A stretch of DNA of 64,000 bases, from assembly GCA_001782235.1 (NCBI GenBank), contig MFOC01000004.1, positions 32,945 through 96,944 on the forward strand, given 5' to 3'. The DNA is from Candidatus Levybacteria bacterium RIFCSPHIGHO2_02_FULL_40_18. Its GTDB lineage: Bacteria; Patescibacteriota; Microgenomatia; Levybacterales; GWA1-39-11. A model generated the notes under the pieces. The model was not told where the DNA came from, made no database searches, and was given only the letters and a program-made list of their open reading frames with translations. Below, in pieces: positions 38,690 through 46,716 of this stretch (within the stretch, counting starts at the first letter, position 1; every line of letters begins with the position of its first letter). Made by a program: the position numbers and the translations under genes.

Positions 38690-38945
38690 ATAGCACTCCG
38701 CGACGCCATCCAAGACCTCTGATGGTAGTCGCTGCGCGGCAGAAAATTATCTTCGTTTCAAACCGGGAGAGGGCCTCGATTGTCGCTGGTTGTAGCCCAT
38801 TGCGCTTAATCTTCTGCGAATTTCATTTGGATTGCTTCTTGGATGATTGCCCCAGTATGCTTCCAAACCTCGCAGTCCACTCGCAATATATACAGTCGTA
38901 TCTCTTCCTCTAGGTTCGCCTTCGGCCTGAACCATAATGGTCCTG
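38690..38945 (-). ncRNA. GC-rich (~50%) structured non-coding region: candidate small RNA or riboswitch-like leader of the 7TM/ATP-grasp operon
   Basis: No credible ORF on either strand. GC content is well above surroundings. There are multiple long-range inverted repeats (GCGACTACCATC/GATGGCGTCGC; ggttcaggccgaaggcgaacc). A consensus promoter lies immediately upstream on the minus strand. Confidence 0.35.
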
Positions 38946-38950
38946 TCTAA

Positions 38951-38980
38951 TATATAATTATATTCACACTTTTCACGGCC
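38951..38980 (-). promoter_or_regulatory. Sigma-70-type promoter (minus strand) TTGACA-18 bp-TATAAT
   Basis: Reverse complement reads cttgacaggccgtgaaaagtgtgaatataat. Confidence 0.45.
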
Positions 38981-39000
38981 TGTCAAGCACGAGTTGACTA

Positions 39001-40167
39001 CTAAATAAGTTTCTTCTGTTTAAGTTCTGTATAGTAGATTTTCTTCAGCGCAAGCAGGGCTCCAACCCCCGAAAGCGTAATTAAAATGTCTGTTATGAAA
39101 TTAACAATAGGGATAATGGTTAATATAAGGTAGACCACGATGCCGACAATATAGGCCCAAGCTTTTGCATTTTTATTCCCAGCCTTTGCGAGGACAAAGC
39201 GCCCAAGCGTATAGATCGCAAAAATTCGTCCAAACCAGAACATAAGAAGAAAAACTATGAAGAGAGTAATTGCTGCGGGGATTCCAAAAAGGGTTATGAA
39301 TAGAATTATTCCTAAAATTGGGGTCACTATTAAGGCCATAAAGCCTATTAGAAGAGCCAACCCGAATTTTGTTCTTATGTAGTCTGATGCACGAGTAGTA
39401 TAGTTTGGGAAAAAGAACATTAATGCCAATCCTACAATGATTAACCACAGAATATCGACAAGTTTTACCATGAGCGCAAATCCCGCAATAGCGGTAGCAA
39501 TTCCTTTGTCAAAATCTTTACCTTTGGTGGCCGCGCGAGGAGGTGTTTCATGCTTAATTTTACCCGAAACAGACGCGCCCTCTTGGATATTTACTTCGTT
39601 CTCGCTCCAATAAGTGAGATTTCCGTCAACATTGGCCTCAGGAGATAAAGAAAGCTCGCCGACTCCTGCCAGGATATCCCCGCCAACAGAATTTCCGATC
39701 AAAACACTTCCTCCGCCAATTGTTACTCCCCGTCCTATTGGAGCAAAAATCTGTACGCTTCCGCCGCCGGCGACAAGGCTCCCCTGAATAACGGTTAATC
39801 TATCAATCGTGATATTTCCACCGCCAACAGTAACATTTCCGCCAATATCAGCGCCGTTTAAAATAACGTTACCGCCGGCGGCTCTAATATCTCCCTGAAT
39901 ATTGCCTGAGACCGTTACGTTTCCGCCACCAGTCAGAAGGTCACCATTTATTTTCCCTTCAACTATAATTGTTCCACCGGCAACATACGCATCGCCATTA
40001 ACAGTTCCCAATATCTTTACAGTATCTCCTGCTGCAAAATAGTCGTGGTCCACCATTTCTGTTGCAGGCAGAAGCACATTCTTATTTTTCTCAACGGCGA
40101 AAACTGGGATTGCAACTATTAGAGTTAAGACGAAAAGAACAAGAATCGAACTAATTATTCTCTTCAT
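39001..40167 (-). CDS. Membrane protein with bactofilin-like Gly-rich beta-helical repeats and C-terminal TM helices
   Basis: Signal peptide, then ~10 repeats of the G-D/N-x-x-V/I-x-G-G type (GDAYVAGGTIIVEGKINGDLLTGGGNVTVSGNIQGDIRAAGGNVILNG ...), then 4 hydrophobic helices. Confidence 0.5.
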   Translation of the reverse strand: MKRIISSILVLFVLTLIVAIPVFAVEKNKNVLLPATEMVDHDYFAAGDTVKILGTVNGDAYVAGGTIIVEGKINGDLLTGGGNVTVSGNIQGDIRAAGGNVILNGADIGGNVTVGGGNITIDRLTVIQGSLVAGGGSVQIFAPIGRGVTIGGGSVLIGNSVGGDILAGVGELSLSPEANVDGNLTYWSENEVNIQEGASVSGKIKHETPPRAATKGKDFDKGIATAIAGFALMVKLVDILWLIIVGLALMFFFPNYTTRASDYIRTKFGLALLIGFMALIVTPILGIILFITLFGIPAAITLFIVFLLMFWFGRIFAIYTLGRFVLAKAGNKNAKAWAYIVGIVVYLILTIIPIVNFITDILITLSGVGALLALKKIYYTELKQKKLI

Positions 40168-40283
40168 AGTTCGAATATATCACCAGTGAACTGTTGTTTC
40201 AAGAGGTTAAATTCTCTATTGACCCCGCCCTTCGCGAAGGGCGGGGTTGACAAATAGTTTTCATTCGAATACTATTTAACCAA

Positions 40284-40610
40284 ATGGTTAAGAGTTCCAT
40301 GTTTCTTAGTGAGGTTTTTCATTCTCTGTCTGATCCAACAAGAAGGAAAATTCTTGAAGGATTAAGTAAGCGTCCTCTGACCGTTTCTGAGATTAAGGCT
40401 CCTTTTAGAATATCGCTTGTTGCCATTTCAAAACATTTAAAAGTTTTGGAGCGTGCAAAACTTATTCGCCGCCAGAAAATGGGGAGAGAGCATATGATTC
40501 GTCTTCATCCCCAGCCGCTTCGCGATGCTCATCGCTATATAGAAAGTTTTAAAAAAGACTGGAGCCGCCAACTAGACGCCCTTGAGAAATTCCTCGAACG
40601 CAATACTTAA
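40284..40610 (+). CDS. ArsR/SmtB-family transcriptional regulator
   Basis: LSDPTRRKILEGL ... LTVSEIKAPFRISLVAISKHLKVLERAKLI is a winged HTH of the ArsR type. Confidence 0.8.
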   Translation: MVKSSMFLSEVFHSLSDPTRRKILEGLSKRPLTVSEIKAPFRISLVAISKHLKVLERAKLIRRQKMGREHMIRLHPQPLRDAHRYIESFKKDWSRQLDALEKFLERNT

Positions 40611-40637
40611 AACACGAAAAACAAAATCCTAAACCCT

Positions 40638-40656
40638 AATATCCCTCCGGGCCGGA
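40638..40656. repeat. GC-rich palindromic short repeat (CCTCCGGGCCGGAGG) adjacent to MITE copy E
   Basis: ccctccgggccggagg shares the GGCCCGGAGGG / CCCTCCGGGCC core with repeats at 345-395, 45262-45335 and 47353-47398. Confidence 0.5.
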
Positions 40657-40660
40657 GGCT

Positions 40661-40802
40661 AAATCCTAAACAAATACCAGTAATAGAAATTGGTAATTGG
40701 AAACAATACTATTCCATTTTCCATTCTCTATTTTCCATTACCATTTTCTATTTTCTAACAACCATTGTCTATTAGTTAATATTGTTTAGAATTTAGGATT
40801 TC
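40661..40802 (-). repeat. MITE-like AT-rich hairpin repeat, copy E (exact inverted copy of copy C)
   Basis: The reverse complement of 40661..40802 matches 34531..34672 base for base in my comparison. Confidence 0.65.
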
Positions 40803-42026
40803 GTGCTTCGAATTTGGGAGTGGGTGTATAATGGATTTATTATGAAAAAGGGGGTTGCCACATTTACGCTGGATCACGGAAGGTGCCCGCCATGGCTGTT
40901 TAATCGAATGGTGAATTTAGGGCGGGAGATGACTCGGGTTTTGATCGAGGAATATGGTCCTGATGAATTTGTTGAACGAATCTCAGATCCGGTTTGGTTT
41001 CAATCATTAGGTACCGTTCTCGCCTTTGATTGGAACGCATCCGGACTTACAACAATCTTGACCGCCGCGTTAAAAGAGGCGATTCGTGGGCAAGAAAGGC
41101 AATTCGGAATCTTTATTTGTGGAGGAAAGGGCGGAACTTCAAGAAAAACTCCGGATCAAATTCAATTTTGGGGAGAAAGAATCAGTCTACCGGAGAAATC
41201 AACTGAACAGTTAATTACAAACTCCAAAATGTCAGCAAAAGTTGATTCGGCCCTCGTTCAAGATGGATACACACTTTATCACCACGCGTTTTTCTTTTCA
41301 AAAAATGGCGCATGGGCGGTAGTACAGCAGGGAATGAATACTAATGCGAAGTCTGCAAGGAGATATCATTGGTTCGACAGGTTAACAACTGACAATGGAC
41401 AACTGACAACTGACAATGAAACAATCGATTTCGTAAATGAGCCGCATAAAGCGATTTCTGCACAGACTCGGCATGCAAATGTTCTAAATTTAGTCGCCGG
41501 CAAGAGTTCTAAAACTCGCGAAACTTCGGTTGATCTAATTCGCGAAGGTTATAAAAGGGTGAAAAGCGATCTTGAGCTGCTTCGTAAACATTCAAATGAA
41601 ATGTCAAAAGTGGTCGCTTTTAGTCAGGATGGGGAGGAGTATATTGCCATGGAGCTTTCTCGAAATGATTTCTTTCATCATCCGGTTGAATTAGAAAATT
41701 TTGCTAACTCTAAATATCTGGATCGAATTTTGCAGAAACTTTCGGATAGAAAGCCCGAGGACTACAAATCGCTAGTTTCATTCCAGGGGGTAGGTCCAAA
41801 GACGGTTCGTGCGCTCTCTTTAGTCTCGGAAATAATTTACGGTGCAATGCCTTCCTATATAGATCCGGCACGATATTCATTTGCCCACGGCGGAAAAGAC
41901 GCAATACCGTATCCTGTGGATCGAGAAACCTATGACAAAACAATCGAAATTATGCGAAAAGCAGTAAATCGTTCGCGCATCCCATTCACTGACAAGCAAA
42001 AAGCCCTACGCCGCCTCGCGGCGTAA
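40803..42026 (+). CDS. Hypothetical protein, DUF763-like
   Basis: 407 aa. The N-terminal GVATFTLDHGRCPPWLFNRMVNLGREMTRVLIEEYGPDEF resembles DUF763 family members as I recall them. The start may be the internal MKKG. It contains a small in-frame tandem repeat (LTTDNGQLTTDNE). Confidence 0.35.
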   Translation: MLRIWEWVYNGFIMKKGVATFTLDHGRCPPWLFNRMVNLGREMTRVLIEEYGPDEFVERISDPVWFQSLGTVLAFDWNASGLTTILTAALKEAIRGQERQFGIFICGGKGGTSRKTPDQIQFWGERISLPEKSTEQLITNSKMSAKVDSALVQDGYTLYHHAFFFSKNGAWAVVQQGMNTNAKSARRYHWFDRLTTDNGQLTTDNETIDFVNEPHKAISAQTRHANVLNLVAGKSSKTRETSVDLIREGYKRVKSDLELLRKHSNEMSKVVAFSQDGEEYIAMELSRNDFFHHPVELENFANSKYLDRILQKLSDRKPEDYKSLVSFQGVGPKTVRALSLVSEIIYGAMPSYIDPARYSFAHGGKDAIPYPVDRETYDKTIEIMRKAVNRSRIPFTDKQKALRRLAA

Positions 42027-42068
42027 TACTACAAATGCCACAAATACTACCAATACTACAAATATTTC
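42024..42068. repeat. Left arm of the inverted repeat flanking the four-helix-bundle gene
   Basis: aatactacaaatgccacaaatactaccaatactacaaat. Its reverse complement (gtagtattggtagtatt) recurs at 42431..42478. Confidence 0.5.
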
Positions 42069-42069
42069 A

Positions 42070-42423
42070 ATGAAAACCTACGACATTCATGAAAGGATTT
42101 ATAAATTTACTGTTCGAGTAATAGTTCTAGTTAATAAACTTCCTAAAACTCCATCAAATCTTGTAATTATTACCCAAATCTTAAGGTCTGTTACATCTAT
42201 GGGAGCAAATGATCAAGAAGCAGATGGGACTTTAACAAAGAAAGACTTTATCAATAAATTTGGAATCGTCAGAAAAGAGAATAAAGAAACTAACTTTTGG
42301 TTAAGATTAATTGCTGATACTAATTCGAAGGAAATTGAAAAAGAAGCTATAGAAATCTTAGCTGAAGGAAAAGAGCTGGTTGCCATAATAAGTTCTATAT
42401 TAAACAAAACTCGAAAGAAATGA
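42070..42423 (+). CDS. Four-helix-bundle protein of the '23S rRNA intervening-sequence protein' family
   Basis: ERIYKFTVRVIVLVNKLPKT ... ITQILRSVTSMGANDQEA ... KKDFINKFGIVRKENKETNFWLRLI matches the family pattern (ExxYxF ... LPK ... QxxRS ... SIGANIAEA ... ETxYWL). Confidence 0.7.
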   Translation: MKTYDIHERIYKFTVRVIVLVNKLPKTPSNLVIITQILRSVTSMGANDQEADGTLTKKDFINKFGIVRKENKETNFWLRLIADTNSKEIEKEAIEILAEGKELVAIISSILNKTRKK

Positions 42424-42430
42424 TTGAACT

Positions 42431-42478
42431 ATTGGTGCGCATTGGTAGTATTGGTACTGTATTGGTAGTATTAATTGG
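42431..42478. repeat. Right arm of the inverted repeat flanking the four-helix-bundle gene
   Basis: attggtgcgcattggtagtattggtactgtattggtagtattaattgg. Confidence 0.5.
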
Positions 42479-42500
42479 TCTTGACAAGCAATAATGGTTT

Positions 42501-42713
42501 GTGTCTATACTTGAGTATATGGCAAAAAGGGCCAGAGGGAGCGCAAAAAGGAGAAGGGCAACAATTCACAGAAAACCTGATAGCTATCTTGTAATATATA
42601 AAGTTTCCATATTCGCGGCACTTGTCATCGTATTGGTAGCATTTTTAATGGCGCTTTTTACACCGCTTGTTTCAAATACAGTTAGCGTCCTTGGGATTTT
42701 CACCAGCAGATAG
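42501..42713 (+). CDS. Small hypothetical membrane protein
   Basis: 70 aa with a basic N-terminus and one TM helix. Confidence 0.3.
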   Translation: MSILEYMAKRARGSAKRRRATIHRKPDSYLVIYKVSIFAALVIVLVAFLMALFTPLVSNTVSVLGIFTSR

Positions 42714-42808
42714 TTTGACATTCGAATAAGCCACAATGAGATAGCACTTCGTGCATCTCAGAAGGTCCGTTGGATGTGAAACTGTCCAACGGGGGAGGTG
42801 AGAAGTTT

Positions 42809-42934
42809 ATGATGTGGGGATATGGAATGAGAGGAGACTATATTGGAGTTTTGGGGACTTTCTTTTGGATAGTTATTTTAATTGATCTTATTCTTTTGGG
42901 CCTCTGGCTTTGGAAACAACTCCAGAAAAAATAG
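42809..42934 (+). CDS. Small hydrophobic protein (41 aa) with strong RBS
   Basis: ggggaggtga sits 8 nt upstream of the ATG. The ORF encodes MMWGYGMRGDYIGVLGTFFWIVILIDLILLGLWLWKQLQKK. An 8-bp-stem hairpin (CCGTTGGA ... TCCAACGG) lies just upstream. It is below the ORF-track length cutoff. Confidence 0.35.
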   Translation: MMWGYGMRGDYIGVLGTFFWIVILIDLILLGLWLWKQLQKK

Positions 42935-42950
42935 TAGTATAATACGCTAA

Positions 42951-43595
42951 GTGGAACCAAGGCTTTTAGAAAAGCTTGATAACTTTTTCTCTCAATTCAA
43001 AACTCAAAGGTATAGAAAAGGAGAAATTTTAGTTAGGGCGGGAGATTCGCCTTCGGGTATTTTTTACCTTAAGAAGGGGAGAGTTCGAGAGTACGCAATT
43101 TCAACAAAAGGAGAAGAGATTGTAGTTAATATATTTAAGCCTTCAGCGTTTTTCCCAATGTCCTGGGCAATAAACAACGCCCCAAACATATACTTCTTTG
43201 AAGCAATGGAAGATCTTGAGCTTGTTCGTGCGCCTCGTGAAGAAGTTATTGAATTTATAAAGAGAGAGCCCGAGGTTTTATACAATCTTCTTTCCCGTGT
43301 CTATATTGGTACGGACGGCCTTTTATCCCGGATGACATATCTTATGTCCGGCAGTGCTTACGAGAGGTTAGTTGCAGAGCTAATAATTGTTGCAAAACGT
43401 TTTGGAGAGAGAAATAGTAAGCAAATTACCATTGAGACGACCGAAAGAGACCTTGCGTCTCAAATAGGAATGACAAGAGAAACCGTAAGCCGTGAGATTA
43501 GAAAGCTTCGTGCCGTAGGGCTTATATCATTCGGTAAGAAAAGCCTTGTTGTAAAAGACATAAAAAGACTTGAAGAAGAGCTTCTGGCGAGTTAG
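42951..43595 (+). CDS. Crp/Fnr-family transcriptional regulator
   Basis: cNMP-binding beta-barrel (YRKGEILVRAGDSPSGIFYLKKGRVREY) and a C-terminal HTH (ERDLASQIGMTRETVSREIRKLRAVGLI). GTG start. Confidence 0.8.
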   Translation: MEPRLLEKLDNFFSQFKTQRYRKGEILVRAGDSPSGIFYLKKGRVREYAISTKGEEIVVNIFKPSAFFPMSWAINNAPNIYFFEAMEDLELVRAPREEVIEFIKREPEVLYNLLSRVYIGTDGLLSRMTYLMSGSAYERLVAELIIVAKRFGERNSKQITIETTERDLASQIGMTRETVSREIRKLRAVGLISFGKKSLVVKDIKRLEEELLAS

Positions 43596-43996
43596 ATTAC
43601 AGATTTTGTGATAGCTTCATTCGTTGAAACGATTCTATTCCTCTTTTTTAAGCTGCGAGGTAAACCCGTTGGTAAAAGATATCCCTGCCATTGTCCATCT
43701 CCTACAAATAACTCAAGATGGACAAGGTCCGTAAATTCGGGCTCTCCTTTGACTTCATACAATCTATAGTTCCCCATAGACACGATATTGCTGGTGTTAA
43801 ATTTTCGACGAGTCGAAACTAATATGTCACCAATAGAATCAGCCTTAATCCAGGCATATCTTGCTTTATCATCAAGCGTTAATATCTTTGTATGGTCAAA
43901 AGTTTCGATCACAGAATACTTACCAGTTTTTAACAATTTTATCATAGCAAGAAGATAATATCGTATTAAATCAATTAAAACATTGATTTGGATCAC
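43592..43996 (-). CDS. Hypothetical protein
   Basis: 134 aa. No motif assigned. Confidence 0.3.
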   Translation of the reverse strand: MIQINVLIDLIRYYLLAMIKLLKTGKYSVIETFDHTKILTLDDKARYAWIKADSIGDILVSTRRKFNTSNIVSMGNYRLYEVKGEPEFTDLVHLELFVGDGQWQGYLLPTGLPRSLKKRNRIVSTNEAITKSVI

Positions 43997-44140
43997 GGAA
44001 AATCCGTGACTTGGATTACTGAAAAACTACTTTTCATACACAATAATTAGATTGACAATGAAAGGGGGCGGCAGGATAAGTGCTTTTCCTCACCAAGATT
44101 TGGTGAGGGATGGAACAGATTCTACATAAGCTGAAATAGA

Positions 44141-44542
44141 ATGGGAGCAATAACCGTAAAAACAACGAAAAAAAGAGAAATAATTGACATTACGGATCGA
44201 ATCAATGACGTTCTGTCAAAGGGTGCGTTAACAATTGGCGTGTGTCACTTATTTCTTAGGCATTCAACAGCCGGCTTGACCACCGTGTACATGGATCCCG
44301 AGGCAGAGTTTGATGTATTGGATGCATTAGATACGGCGGTCGTGCACGTGATACCTCGTGAAAAATATGCCCACAGCCATTTTAAAACAAGACTTCCAAA
44401 TCACGTTATTGCTTCTTTCCTTGGATCGTCTCTCTCGATCCCATTTGAGGACAAAAAGCTTTTACTTGGTGATTTGCAAAGCGTTGCGCTTGTGGAGCTG
44501 AATGGTCCCCGCAATCGCGAAATTTTAATCTATTCAGAATGA
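44141..44542 (+). CDS. yjbQ: YjbQ/UPF0047-family protein (secondary thiamine-phosphate synthase-like)
   Basis: EIIDITDRINDVL ... HSTAGLTTVYMDPEAEFDVLDALDTAV ... HSHFKTRLPNHVIASFLGSSLSIP. Typical length and motifs. Confidence 0.8.
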   Translation: MGAITVKTTKKREIIDITDRINDVLSKGALTIGVCHLFLRHSTAGLTTVYMDPEAEFDVLDALDTAVVHVIPREKYAHSHFKTRLPNHVIASFLGSSLSIPFEDKKLLLGDLQSVALVELNGPRNREILIYSE

Positions 44543-45003
44543 AATATACAATTTCAACAAAACTATTTCGTCTCTCGGATAAAGACTATAAATATATACA
44601 AAAGCTTGCAGAAAAGCTCTTGCAATTTATTCCTTTCAAGGATTCCGATTATCCGCTACTTGAAATTGTTCTTCGAAAAAACAAGAAGAAAAGTCTTAAG
44701 GTCCAGCCGCTTCACGGACATGAAGCAGCTGATAATCCCGTGTATTATGATGGCAAATTAGACCTAATCCTTCCCAAAAAGCGCCTTGTCTCAAAGATGC
44801 TTGGTAAAACAGTGGACGAGGCCATAAAAGACGGGTTCGATGAATTATTTAGGGAACTTGAAACCTATAAAGGTTTGCATTTTGGTTCAGACAGTGAATA
44901 TTACGATCATGGAACGGTTCGCGGCCGGGCAGAGGAGTATTTTGAGACTTCAGGCCCGTTCTCCGACTCGGAGAGGGGTCTCAAGGAGTCAGAGGAGAAT
45001 TAA
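44539..45003 (+). CDS. Possible ribosome hibernation factor (HPF/RaiA-like) with acidic C-terminal tail
   Basis: N-terminal pattern MKYTISTKLFRLSDKDYKYIQKLAEKLLQFIP ... LLEIVLRK resembles the beta-alpha-beta-beta-beta-alpha HPF fold consensus. The similarity is weak. Confidence 0.35.
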   Translation: MKYTISTKLFRLSDKDYKYIQKLAEKLLQFIPFKDSDYPLLEIVLRKNKKKSLKVQPLHGHEAADNPVYYDGKLDLILPKKRLVSKMLGKTVDEAIKDGFDELFRELETYKGLHFGSDSEYYDHGTVRGRAEEYFETSGPFSDSERGLKESEEN

Positions 45004-45879
45004 ATGAGCATTAGCGAGAGGATAAATATTCTTAAAAAGTTCAAAAACCTTACTTATCCTATTTTGACTATTTACTTAAGTTTTTTGGGATCAAAAACCC
45101 CTAGCACGAGCGAGTTAAAAAGGCAATTTCATTCCCTTATGACTCAAAATTTAACAGCGCGAGAGAAGAAGCACTTCGGAAATACCATCCAAAGCATTGA
45201 TGATTATTTTGATGAAACTTACGATAGCCGGGGGAAGAGAAGCGTTGCTTTTTTTGGCAACGGACAACGGCCCGGCCTCCGCCCAGAGGGCTCTGGCCCG
45301 GCGGGAGGGGCGTCTGGCCCGGAGGGCGGGCTATTTGAGATTTTAGAATTTGAATTTCCAATCGCGCCTTTGTGTCGTATCTCAAATTCTGTTTTTCTTG
45401 ATCCGATAACCTCAGCGCTCTTAGAACATAAAAGATATTTAGTACTTCTCATCGATAGGGAAAAAACAAGGCTATTCACTGTTCATTTAGGAGAAATCAA
45501 AGAGCATGAGGATGTATTTATAAATATTGTTCCTCAAAAAGTTAGAGCAGATGAAGAGCATTTTTATGGGAGGAGCGACAAAATTTTCCGGCATACTGAA
45601 GATCATTTAAATCGGCACCTTAGGCTTGTTGCTGAAAAGGCACGGGAATTTATGAAAGGCAAAAGAATTAATTTTATTATTCTCGGTGGACATGAAGAAT
45701 TGTTCGAGAAGATGAAGAGACATTTACGCAAGGACATAAGAGATAAAATCGCGGGCGAATTTGTCACGGAACTCAATGTTCCAATAAACAGCGTGTATCT
45801 TGCAAGTAAAAAAATAGCAAAGCACATAGAACAAGATAAGGTCTATGCGGAGATGGAGTCGTCATTGGCAGGGGTATGA
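45004..45879 (+). CDS. Hypothetical protein, possibly eRF1/Pelota-like (bacterial 'host-attachment/baeRF' type). Contains an in-frame GC-rich repeat insert
   Basis: VLLIDREKTRLFTVHLGEIKE ... FIILGGHEELFEKMKRHL is reminiscent of baeRF-family proteins. The assignment is from memory only. Residues GQRPGLRPEGSGPAGGASGPEGG are encoded by the GC-rich repeat at 45262..45335. Confidence 0.3.
   Translation: MSISERINILKKFKNLTYPILTIYLSFLGSKTPSTSELKRQFHSLMTQNLTAREKKHFGNTIQSIDDYFDETYDSRGKRSVAFFGNGQRPGLRPEGSGPAGGASGPEGGLFEILEFEFPIAPLCRISNSVFLDPITSALLEHKRYLVLLIDREKTRLFTVHLGEIKEHEDVFINIVPQKVRADEEHFYGRSDKIFRHTEDHLNRHLRLVAEKAREFMKGKRINFIILGGHEELFEKMKRHLRKDIRDKIAGEFVTELNVPINSVYLASKKIAKHIEQDKVYAEMESSLAGV
45262..45335. 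repeat. GC-rich palindromic short repeat (two tandem units) inside the ORF 45004..45879
   Basis: ggcccggcctccgcccagagggctctggcccggcgggaggggcgtctggcccggagggcggg. Confidence 0.5.
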
Positions 45880-46118
45880 AAATGATGCGCGATATAACAT
45901 TAATTGAACAAATGGAACTGAGATTAGCGGGCATTGCGCGGCCCTATGAATTGGATGCGAAGCTATCCAAAAGGGAGGTGGAGTATTTTGAGAGGCATTG
46001 AAACATTAGATTACGAAATCCAAGGGTTCATGGAATTTGGAGACAATCTTTCTGAATATGGCATATGGAAAGAACAGGTCCAGATGGATGCAATTCGACT
46101 ACCTAAAAGAATAGGCAA

Positions 46119-46709
46119 ATGGGAATCGGGTCAATTAACAGAATTAACAAGACCATGACAGATCAGGAAAAAGCAATATATCTATCATACCTTAATATCA
46201 GGCAAAGTATATCTATACTCCTTCTCAAGCTTGTCTCCGTAGATGTCTTAAGTGCATTTTTTATTATTATTTCTTATTTTGCGCTTATCCAAGGACGCGA
46301 ACTGTTGGGCTTTGATCTTACTAATATTCCTTCCTTCGTGATTATTTTTGGGATCCTGGGAACGTTAAAAATCCTTACAACAAGCTATATAGTTTTGCTT
46401 TGGTTAAATGAATATTATGAGATCACGCCCGAGGCAATAATTCACAAAAGCGGAATTATTTTTAAGAAAGAGGAGAAATATAGCCTTAATAATGTTCGAG
46501 CTATGAACATTTCAGAGAATTTTATTGGAGAGATATTGAATTGCGGGACAATAACGATTTATGATATGTATATGCGAGAGTACCTTTCCCTCTATCTTAT
46601 CCATAACCCTGTAAGATATATACGTGTACTTGAAACTTTAAAACCTAATATCGAAATCAAAAAACAAGAAACAATTGTGCCATTAGTTAAGCCAACGGAG
46701 GTAAGGTAA
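46119..46709 (+). CDS. Membrane protein with bacterial PH-like (DUF304/bPH_2) domain
   Basis: Two TM helices, then YYEITPEAIIHKSGIIFKKEEKYSLNNVRAMNISENFIGEILNCGTITIY, typical of YdbS/YdbT-type bPH domains. Confidence 0.55.
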   Translation: MGIGSINRINKTMTDQEKAIYLSYLNIRQSISILLLKLVSVDVLSAFFIIISYFALIQGRELLGFDLTNIPSFVIIFGILGTLKILTTSYIVLLWLNEYYEITPEAIIHKSGIIFKKEEKYSLNNVRAMNISENFIGEILNCGTITIYDMYMREYLSLYLIHNPVRYIRVLETLKPNIEIKKQETIVPLVKPTEVR

Positions 46710-46716
46710 ACAATTA

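Noticed and set aside
38690-38945. Tested whether the GC-rich region is RNase P RNA, tmRNA or SRP RNA
   Set aside because: I found no P4 motifs (GGAAAGTCCGGGC / ACAGAACCCGGCTTA), no tmRNA 5' GGGG…TTCGAC or tRNA-like 3' end, and no SRP domain IV AGGAAGCAGCC. So its family is unassigned.
38722-38986. Short ORFs in the GC-rich intergenic region (38722-38913 +, 38747-38986 -)
   Set aside because: The minus ORF would start inside the predicted promoter. Neither has a plausible RBS or a recognisable protein pattern. The GC-rich structured character favours RNA.
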